NCBI GenBank assembly: GCA_963753345.1
Contig: CAVWBU010000032.1
Coordinates: 96,001-160,000 of the forward strand
Length of the DNA: 64,000 nt
Direction: 5' to 3'
DNA from: an uncultured Fibrobacterota bacterium
GTDB lineage: Bacteria > Fibrobacterota > Chitinivibrionia > Chitinivibrionales > FEN-1185
Made by a program: the position numbers and the translations under genes. Position 1 is the first letter of the stretch. Each line of letters starts with the position of its first letter. The notes under the pieces were generated by a model. It ran no database searches, had not been told where the DNA came from, and was given only the letters and a program-made list of their open reading frames with translations. Shown in pieces: positions 57,165 to 64,000 of this stretch.

Positions 57165-57878
57165 TTAGAAGTAGAACGCCAGGGTGAGAGCGCCGACCGC
57201 TGTGATACCGAAAGTCGTAGTTGCGCCGCCCTTGACTGTGGGGCTGCCGGGTGCGGTGGATTTCTGGTCGTAGGGGGCAGTCACCGAATACCCGAGCCGG
57301 TATTCCGCGCTCAGGCTCAATTCCTTGATAATAAAGAATTCGATGCCGCCGAGCGCGGCGATGTTAAAGTTAAAGCCGCCTACATAGGCTGTGCCGTTAA
57401 TTGTTTGCGGGGCATTTGTTACCGTGTACTGAGGGGTTCCGGTGGGTTCAGCATCTTTTTCCGAAGTCGCCGTTGACACAAACCCCAATGCGCCGCCCAC
57501 GTAAGGGCTCACTCGAGTCTTGAGCAAATGATACTCCGCCCCAACGTTGAGGCCGACACTCCAGGCGTTCATATCGCCGGCTGTCCCGCCGCCGGCAGGA
57601 GCCGGGGTTCCCTGATCGGCAAGTCCGAACAGCAGACTTCCGCGAAGGGCCAAAGGATCCAATATGTAGTACTTGAATCCCGCTCCACCGTTATAAGCAG
57701 TGGCCCCCAGTAGCGACAGTCCGCTGAAAGTAAAGAGCGCTGCCTTCGAGCCCGACTGCACGCACTGGCCCATGTCGTCTGCCGATACAAGAGATGCAGG
57801 AGCAACCAGCGCCAGCACCACCGCACCGCATAGCGCGGTTTTTCGGAATCCACTCAAAACAAGTGAAGAAGACTTCAT
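57165..57878 (-). CDS. Outer-membrane beta-barrel protein
   Basis: Signal peptide; SPYVGG; C-terminal LTLAFYF barrel signal. Confidence 0.85.
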   Translation of the reverse strand: MKSSSLVLSGFRKTALCGAVVLALVAPASLVSADDMGQCVQSGSKAALFTFSGLSLLGATAYNGGAGFKYYILDPLALRGSLLFGLADQGTPAPAGGGTAGDMNAWSVGLNVGAEYHLLKTRVSPYVGGALGFVSTATSEKDAEPTGTPQYTVTNAPQTINGTAYVGGFNFNIAALGGIEFFIIKELSLSAEYRLGYSVTAPYDQKSTAPGSPTVKGGATTTFGITAVGALTLAFYF

Positions 57879-57985
57879 ACAACACCCCTTTCTTTAATGT
57901 GGAAACCTTTCAACGTCTCTTACGCTGCCAAATCTAAAATATTAAAAGGGAAAGTGATGTCCAACAAAATATCAAAGATTTTCCA

Positions 57986-58402
57986 TCACTCGCCGATTAC
58001 CTGAACAAAAATCTTCCTTCCCCGCGGCCGGTTATCGTGGTCGATGACCACGATCTGCTGCCAGGTTCCGAGAATGAGTTTCCCTTCCGTAAACGGTACG
58101 GAGATTCCCGGGCCCATGAGCGTGGCGCGGAGGTGCGAGAAACCGTTGTCGTCGCCCCAGGTCTCCGAATGGCGGGTCTTAAGACTGCTCGGCACGAGCT
58201 TGTCGAGCCGGTCTTTCATGTCCTGCGCAAGCGCCGGCTCGAATTCAATGGTAGATATGGACGCGGTCGAGCCCACCACAAAGACCGTGGCAATGCCGCT
58301 TTCGATTTCCGATCTTGCAATGATTGACTGGACCTCCGGGGTGATGTTCACGACGTCGGAGAATCCCCGCGTCTGGACGGTAAAACTGTTTCCGAAAACC
58401 AT
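57986..58402 (-). CDS. YjbQ/UPF0047 family protein
   Basis: DNGFSHL, LGTWQQI and DNRPR motifs. Confidence 0.92.
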   Translation of the reverse strand: MVFGNSFTVQTRGFSDVVNITPEVQSIIARSEIESGIATVFVVGSTASISTIEFEPALAQDMKDRLDKLVPSSLKTRHSETWGDDNGFSHLRATLMGPGISVPFTEGKLILGTWQQIVVIDHDNRPRGRKIFVQVIGE

Positions 58403-58522
58403 GAGGCGGCCTTTCTGTTTGTGAAACCAAAATACATTCGGGACTCGCGACTGCGGATTCGCGCTTCGCGGTCGCATGCATGCGGCAGCCGGACATATTT
58501 TCTGTGTGAGGAGAAACTGCGA

Positions 58523-59455
58523 ATGGCCGGTCTTGACGAACACATAGCTCTGTTCCTTGACTACCTGCTCAAGGAAAAAGGCTTCTCGCCGCTCACGGTC
58601 GGGGCGTATGGCGGCGACCTTGCGCAGTTCCGGACCTTTACAGAGCAGACCTGCACCGGCGCGGGGTTCGAAGACGTCATGAAAAAGGCCGTGATGCGCG
58701 ACTTTATTTACGCACAAGGCGAACAGGGCCTTACGCCGCGCTCGATCGCGCGGAAGGTGGCGGCGCTCAAGTCGTTTTCGAAGTTCTGCGTGAGGCGGCA
58801 TATCCTGTCTGTCAACCCTGCAAAGCTCCTGGCAAGCCCCAAGCTCGACAAGCCGCTTCCTGCCTTTCTCACCGAAAGGCAGGCGCGGGAACTGACGGTC
58901 GCCGGCGCTCCCGGCGGGAAACAGCGCGCTGCAACGGATGTGCTCAGGAGCCGGGCCATCGTCGAGCTTTTATACGGCACCGGGCTTCGCCTTGCAGAAC
59001 TGCACGGCCTCAACGCGGACACCATCGATTACAAGCGCGCCACGGTCCGCGTGCTTGGCAAGGGGAGAAAAGAGCGGGTGGTGCCGGTCACCGATTCGGC
59101 CGTGAATGCAATACGGGAATACTTGAAGACCCGGCCGGGCCTTCCCGGGAACGCGCCGCTTTTCGCAGGCCGCAGGGGAGGCCGCCTTTCCCGCAGGCAG
59201 ATAGAACGCATCGTTGCGCAGGAACTTTCCGCGGTCACCAGTCAGAGGAAACGCAGCCCGCACGTGCTCAGGCATTCGTTCGCCACGCACCTGCTCGACC
59301 GCGGGGCCGACATCCGCGCGGTCAAGGAGCTGCTCGGCCACTCGTCGCTGGCAACCACGCAGATCTACACCCACATGTCAAAGGAACACCTGCTCAAGGT
59401 GTACCGCAGGGCGCACCCGCGCGCCGAGGTTGCGCGTCCTGCCGGGCAAAGCTGA
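58523..59455 (+). CDS. xerC: Tyrosine recombinase XerC/XerD family
   Basis: LYGTGLR, GKGRKER, HVLRHSFATHLL and LLGHSSLATTQIY motifs. Confidence 0.9.
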   Translation: MAGLDEHIALFLDYLLKEKGFSPLTVGAYGGDLAQFRTFTEQTCTGAGFEDVMKKAVMRDFIYAQGEQGLTPRSIARKVAALKSFSKFCVRRHILSVNPAKLLASPKLDKPLPAFLTERQARELTVAGAPGGKQRAATDVLRSRAIVELLYGTGLRLAELHGLNADTIDYKRATVRVLGKGRKERVVPVTDSAVNAIREYLKTRPGLPGNAPLFAGRRGGRLSRRQIERIVAQELSAVTSQRKRSPHVLRHSFATHLLDRGADIRAVKELLGHSSLATTQIYTHMSKEHLLKVYRRAHPRAEVARPAGQS

Positions 59456-59470
59456 CAATTCCTCAACGGA

Positions 59471-59497
59471 AAAAGCCGGAACACTGCTCCGGCTTTT
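59471..59497. terminator. Bidirectional terminator
   Basis: AAAAGCCGGA-acactgc-TCCGGCTTTT between convergent genes. Confidence 0.75.
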
Positions 59498-59516
59498 GTC
59501 AATCTGTTTGCGGTAA

Positions 59517-60017
59517 CTACTCGTCGGAGCCGGGTGGCCCGCCATGCCCGCCGGGAGGACCATGATGCGGCCCGTCTCCATGGTGGTCGCCCTGCATGGG
59601 CGGACGAAGCTCGTTGCTCAGCAGCTTTTCAAACTGTTCCTTGGTGAGAACGGACTTGAGCGCGATCATGTGGTCGGCCATCTGTTCCGCCATCGCCCTG
59701 TGGAGCTCGCCCATTTCCTTTGCATAGCCGTGCAGAACGGTCTTGGAAGGAGAGGGTTTGAGCAGCTCATCCTTGCTTTTGTCAAGGAGCACCTTCATTT
59801 TTTCGAAGTTCTGCTTGCGAAACTCCATCGACTGCTTCCTCATGTCCTTGAGCCTGGCCTTCTGATTTTCGGAAAGGCCGAGCTGCGCCCAGATCCTGTG
59901 GCGTGTCGAATCCCTTGAAAATGAGGCGGAATCCTGCGCGCCTTGCGCGCCCTGCGCGTGCGGCGCGGCGACCATCAGACAGAGAGTCAGTCCACTCAAG
60001 GTCATTGCGAAACGCAT
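59517..60017 (-). CDS. Periplasmic Spy/CpxP/ZraP-like protein
   Basis: Signal peptide; LGLSENQK and VLTKEQ LTxxQ-like motifs; His/Gly/Pro-rich tail. Confidence 0.85.
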   Translation of the reverse strand: MRFAMTLSGLTLCLMVAAPHAQGAQGAQDSASFSRDSTRHRIWAQLGLSENQKARLKDMRKQSMEFRKQNFEKMKVLLDKSKDELLKPSPSKTVLHGYAKEMGELHRAMAEQMADHMIALKSVLTKEQFEKLLSNELRPPMQGDHHGDGPHHGPPGGHGGPPGSDE

Positions 60018-60033
60018 ACTGCCCTCCACGGTT

Positions 60034-60360
60034 CTATTCCTGATACAAAACCTCTTCGTAATAGCCGTACGAATTCGAGTTTTCGCGGTACACGTCGCTG
60101 TTGATATAGGTGTTGACGCCGTTCAGGTCTTCGGCGATTTCGGCCGAATACGACGCGCGCGACGGCGACAGACGCAGTGCGGTGAACACCGACACCGCGA
60201 TAAGCAGCGACGCCGCCAGACCGAAAACGGTACGTTCCACGGCCCTTCTCCTGTTGATGCGCCGGATAACGGCGCCGTACAGGTTCTCCGGCAGCGGCGG
60301 AATGCTTGCGAGCTGGGCGAGCGCGGCCCGCGGCATCTGGTTCTCAAAATTCTGTTCCAT
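60034..60360 (-). CDS. Putative membrane anti-sigma factor
   Basis: Single TM helix (AASLLIAV); immediately downstream of the ECF sigma gene. Confidence 0.65.
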   Translation of the reverse strand: MEQNFENQMPRAALAQLASIPPLPENLYGAVIRRINRRRAVERTVFGLAASLLIAVSVFTALRLSPSRASYSAEIAEDLNGVNTYINSDVYRENSNSYGYYEEVLYQE

Positions 60361-60369
60361 AAAAACCCC

Positions 60370-60897
60370 CTAATTTTCCCCGAACTTCTTCCGTATTTCC
60401 TCCTTGAGCCGAAAGAGCTGCGTACGGAGGCTTCCCGCGCTCTTGCCCGTGATATCGGCCAGTTCTTCAAACGAGAACCCGAGCATTTCGCGGCCGGTGA
60501 GAAGGAAGCGCTCTTCGGCCGTGATGCTCTTGAGTATTTTCTGCATGTCCTCTTTCACGTCTATGCCTTCCGCCGATGATACCGTTGGTCCAGTGTCTTC
60601 GTCAAGTTCCTGCATTTCGTTTACGCGGCTCTGTTTTGAGAGCAGCGTCATGCATGCGTTGAATGTTATCCTGTAAATCCATGTCGATAACGCAGAACCT
60701 CCGCCGAACTTGCGAAGAGAGTTATAGACCCTTATGAACGTCTCCTGAACCGCCTCCTGCGCCGCCCCGGAATCGCCGTGAAGCGTCCGGTAAGCTATTT
60801 TCCATGAAAACGGCGCGTAATAGTCGTACAGCGCCCTAAATGATGCCCGATCTCCTTTTCTCGCGCGCTGTACCGTGAGATCGTCCAGTTCATTCAT
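60370..60897 (-). CDS. ECF RNA polymerase sigma factor
   Basis: VQETFIR, STWIYRITFN and FSFEELA motifs. Confidence 0.92.
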   Translation of the reverse strand: MNELDDLTVQRARKGDRASFRALYDYYAPFSWKIAYRTLHGDSGAAQEAVQETFIRVYNSLRKFGGGSALSTWIYRITFNACMTLLSKQSRVNEMQELDEDTGPTVSSAEGIDVKEDMQKILKSITAEERFLLTGREMLGFSFEELADITGKSAGSLRTQLFRLKEEIRKKFGEN

Positions 60898-61029
60898 TCT
60901 TTCAACCTATTTGACATCAAAAAATGATTCAATGTTACAGAGGGGTAAACTTATTTTACCCCGTACATAAGGATGCTAAAACATACGTTGTGCAGCGGCC
61001 GCATTCAAAGAATTTGAAAGGGGCATACG

Positions 61030-61488
61030 GTGCAAAATCAAGGCAATGCGATCATCGTGGCCTCGGACCACGCAGGGTTCAAGCTCAAGGAGTTTGTCAA
61101 GCGTGAACTGGGGAACCGGTCGATTCCGGTCGAAGACGTCGGGGTGTTCAGCGAGGAGCGGAGCGATTACCCGATATTCATTGCTAGGGCGGCCTCAAAA
61201 GTATCCAGCGGCGCTTTCCGCCGGGGCATCGTCCTGTGCGGGTCGGGGATCGGCGCGTCCATTGTGGCCAACCGGTTCAAGAACGTGCGCGCCGCGCTGT
61301 GCGTGACTCCGGAAATGGCGGAAATGTCCCGCCGGCATAATGACAGCAATGTTCTCGCAATGGGCGAGAGAATCACCCCGCCCGAAACCGCCGCGAAGAT
61401 ACTTTCCGTGTGGCTCGACACGCCGTTTGACGGCGGCCGCCACGAGACACGGGTGCGTCAGATCGACACGGTTGTCGGAACGCAATAA
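61030..61488 (+). CDS. rpiB: Ribose-5-phosphate isomerase B
   Basis: SDHAG, CGSGIG, HNDSN and FDGGRH motifs. Confidence 0.96.
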   Translation: MQNQGNAIIVASDHAGFKLKEFVKRELGNRSIPVEDVGVFSEERSDYPIFIARAASKVSSGAFRRGIVLCGSGIGASIVANRFKNVRAALCVTPEMAEMSRRHNDSNVLAMGERITPPETAAKILSVWLDTPFDGGRHETRVRQIDTVVGTQ

Positions 61489-61496
61489 CGCAGGAG

Positions 61497-61961
61497 ATGC
61501 CGATGACGGCCAGGAAAACGCGCGCCCGCAGGCGCACGCGCGCCCCGTGGGACGAGTACTTCATGAAGATCGCGCAGCAGGTGGCCACGCGCTCGACCTG
61601 CGACCGCAAGAACGTGGGCGCGGTGATCGTGCGCGACAAGACCATCCTTTCGACCGGGTACAACGGCAGCGTGCGCGGTATGCCGCACTGCGACGACGTG
61701 GGCCACACCATGGAAAACGGCCACTGCATCGCCACGGTGCACGCCGAAGCCAATGCGATCATCCAGGCCGCCAAGAACGGCGTGGCGCTTGACGGAGCGG
61801 ACATCTACATAACGGCGTCGCCGTGCTGGCACTGCTTCAAGCTCATCGCCAACAGCGGGATAAAGAGGATTTTCTACCTCGAATTCTACCGCGACAATCA
61901 CGTCATTGAAGTAGCGGGACAGGCGGGAATAGAGTTAAGGCAAGTAGTAATTAATTCTTGA
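61497..61961 (+). CDS. dCMP deaminase (ComEB family)
   Basis: WDEYFM, TGYNG, HAEANA and PCWHC motifs. Confidence 0.93.
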   Translation: MPMTARKTRARRRTRAPWDEYFMKIAQQVATRSTCDRKNVGAVIVRDKTILSTGYNGSVRGMPHCDDVGHTMENGHCIATVHAEANAIIQAAKNGVALDGADIYITASPCWHCFKLIANSGIKRIFYLEFYRDNHVIEVAGQAGIELRQVVINS

Positions 61962-61971
61962 ACCAATAATC

Positions 61972-62172
61972 TTGCTGGGGGCACCGCTTCGCGTTTCCCC
62001 CTCGCTTCGGCCTCCTCGGCCTTCGGCCTGCGGTGTCCTGCGCTACCCCCTCCAGCAAAGGGGCGCGCGAGGTCGCTCGCTTGACGCTCGCGAAGCGTCG
62101 CCCCTTCGCAACGCAACCGTTGCGGAACAACCCCCTCCGCCTTCGGCACCTCCCCCTTAACAAGGGGGAGGA
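61972..62172 (-). repeat. Structured intergenic repeat, module C copy 2 (contains the B core)
   Basis: Homologous to 40904-41127; the reverse complement includes GGAGGGGGTAGCGCAGGAC…GAAGCGAGGGGGAAAC as in module B. Confidence 0.88.
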
Positions 62173-62230
62173 CATTCAATACTGCAGTTATTGATGGTTG
62201 GTGGTTTAAGAAATGGCGACGACCCTGACT

Positions 62231-62398
62231 GCCGCGCGTTAGGGGCGACTGGAGGCCGCGCTGGAGCGCGGTGCCGCCTGACCACGGCCCGCAGGGCCAT
62301 TGTGGCAGGCGGCCCGAGGCCGAAGGCCGAGACCGGAAGGAGAACCGACCCCCAGTACAGTGGTGCATCCTGCACTACCGTACTGGGGAAACGCCCAA
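62231..62398 (+). repeat. Structured intergenic repeat, module A copy 6
   Basis: GCCGCGCGTTAGGGGCGACTGGAGG…GGGGAAACGCCCAA. Confidence 0.9.
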
Positions 62399-62428
62399 AT
62401 AGTTGTTTTGAAATTCAGATAATGGAAG

Positions 62429-63193
62429 TTATTGATGTCTCTTATGCCACGCTACGACATCGTCGTACTTGAGCGTCCCTCCGAAAATGTCAAGGCTGCT
62501 GCCCACCGTGGCGTCGACCCGGCCGCCACCGAGATCGAGCACACGGTCGAGATCGCCCGTGGATCGTATGCCGCCCGCATAGGTGACGGGCAGCGGCGAG
62601 AATTCTCCGAGGAGTTTCACCAGTCCTTCGTCGATGCCCGAGCGTTTTCCCTCGACGTGCGCGGCGTGGACGAGAAATTCGTCGCAATAGGCCCCGAGCG
62701 TTTCCAGCGTATCTTTCGAAACGGCAACCGACGTGAGCCGCTGCCAGCGGTCGGTTGCTATATAGTAAACTTTATCCTTGAGGATGCAGCTGAGATCAAG
62801 CACCAGCCGCTCTCTGCCCACGAGCGCCGTCATGGCCTTGAGATTTTCCAGGTGGAGGCGTCCCTCTTTGAAAACGTAGGAGGTGACGATCACGTGCGAA
62901 GCGCCCATGTCGAGGTATTTCCGAGCGTTTTCCGGCGTAATGCCGCCGCCGATGTGGAACCCCTGCGGGAATTCGGCCAGAGCGGCGGCCGCCGCGTCGC
63001 GGTTGCCGGGCCCGAGCATGATGACATGCCCGCCCGCAAGGCCGTCGCGTTTGTATAGTGCCGCGAAGTGCGAGGCCGGAAGGTCGGTTGCGAAGTTGGT
63101 GACCAGCGCGTCCGGCTCCGCGTCGGACAGCGTGCTGCCCACGATCTGCTTCACCTTGCCTTCATGCAGATCTATACAGGGACGGAATTTCAT
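62429..63193 (-). CDS. hisA: ProFAR isomerase, eukaryotic His6-type
   Basis: FRPCIDLHEGKVKQIVG, GHVIMLG, LVLDLSC and TVGSSLDIFGG motifs. Confidence 0.93.
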   Translation of the reverse strand: MKFRPCIDLHEGKVKQIVGSTLSDAEPDALVTNFATDLPASHFAALYKRDGLAGGHVIMLGPGNRDAAAAALAEFPQGFHIGGGITPENARKYLDMGASHVIVTSYVFKEGRLHLENLKAMTALVGRERLVLDLSCILKDKVYYIATDRWQRLTSVAVSKDTLETLGAYCDEFLVHAAHVEGKRSGIDEGLVKLLGEFSPLPVTYAGGIRSTGDLDRVLDLGGGRVDATVGSSLDIFGGTLKYDDVVAWHKRHQ

Positions 63194-63336
63194 GGGTAAG
63201 ATCCTTTGTTATTTTCACTGAAAATATACTTTACCATGACGACATTCGGAAGTACGTCATGACCTTTGGACACCATCATGCAGCAAATATATTTTCTTAC
63301 GAGGACTGCGTTGAACCTACTAGAAAAGGAGAGGGT

Positions 63337-64000
63337 ATGCGTTGTACCATGGTGATTGCCGTATGCGGCGCGCTGCTGCTGGCCGGATGCTCCAAACCCG
63401 AGATGCGATCCGAAGTGATGGACAAGTACCCCAACGGCGCCAAGAAAAAAGAGAACTATGTCATGGTGCTGGGGGCGAAAAAGGACGTGGCGCGCACCGT
63501 GTACTATTTCCAAGACGGCAGCATCCAGTCGGACACGCATTACAAGAAGGGGAAGCCGGACAGCATCATGATCGGCAATTATCCCAACGGCAAGCGGCTG
63601 TTGGAGACCGGATACAAAGAGGGGAAGAAAGACGGAAAGGACGTATCGTGGTATGAGGACGGCAAGGTCAAGACTGAGGCGACCTATGCCTGCGACACGC
63701 CGCTCGGGACCGCCACGGCCTACTTTCCGGACGGGAAAAAATCTTCCGAGATGAGCTTTAAGAACGGTAAGAAGGACGGTGTCGAAACCGTGTGGTTTTC
63801 CAACGGCAACAAGAAGCGCATGACCACCTATGCCGCGGGAAACAAGAACGGCCCGGAAAAGAAATGGCTCGAAAACGGCACGATCGAAATCGAACAGAAC
63901 TATGTCAACGACTTTCTCGACGGCCCGTCCACCGAATACTACGAGAACGGCAAAAAGGAGACCGAGGCGACCTACAAAAACGGCCAGCTTGACGGCGTCA
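63337..64000 (+). CDS. MORN-variant repeat lipoprotein (YwqK-like), 3' truncated by window edge; absent from the ORF track
   Basis: Hand translation MRCTMVIAVCGALLLAGC (lipobox), then repeated YPNG/YEDG/FPDG/FSNG/YENG…YK-G units with no stop codon. Confidence 0.85.
   Translation, partial: MRCTMVIAVCGALLLAGCSKPEMRSEVMDKYPNGAKKKENYVMVLGAKKDVARTVYYFQDGSIQSDTHYKKGKPDSIMIGNYPNGKRLLETGYKEGKKDGKDVSWYEDGKVKTEATYACDTPLGTATAYFPDGKKSSEMSFKNGKKDGVETVWFSNGNKKRMTTYAAGNKNGPEKKWLENGTIEIEQNYVNDFLDGPSTEYYENGKKETEATYKNGQLDGV

Noticed and set aside
58523-59455. Prophage or genomic-island integrase
   Set aside because: XerC-like length and motifs, housekeeping neighbours, and no phage genes or att/tRNA site.

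Overview
A GC-rich bacterial chromosomal segment with about 60 protein-coding genes. The T9SS-like C-terminal tails, Kdo transferase, spirochaete/delta-type EF-G and His6-type HisA suggest a Gram-negative anaerobe, tentatively Fibrobacterota/Chitinivibrionales-like (inference only). Most genes are housekeeping: gatA, gatC, aspS, truA, holA, waaA, folB, fusA, thiL, a pilB-like ATPase, uvrD/pcrA, pal, ppdK, fabG, fabD, fabZ, rmlA, rmlC, xerC, rpiB and hisA. The window also holds two GH105 hydrolases, a DUF4912-GH57 pair, a ferritin/DUF4405/DOMON operon, an ECF sigma module and three type II toxin-antitoxin pairs. I saw no rRNA, tRNA, CRISPR array or transposase. The most unusual signal is non-coding: a modular family of highly structured intergenic repeats. 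Module A (six copies) and module B/C (four copies plus one remnant) occur as back-to-back pairs, mostly just downstream of stop codons. They show compensatory base changes and many C-GNA-G triloops, which hints at folding as ssDNA. They are seen in a minimal 60-bp form (6595-6654), in empty forms (23874-24356, 61972-62398) and in a form bracketing a vapBC cargo (40904-42196). fusA and a U32 peptidase gene carry frameshifts that are probably assembly errors. All family calls come from motif recognition by eye; no database searches were run.
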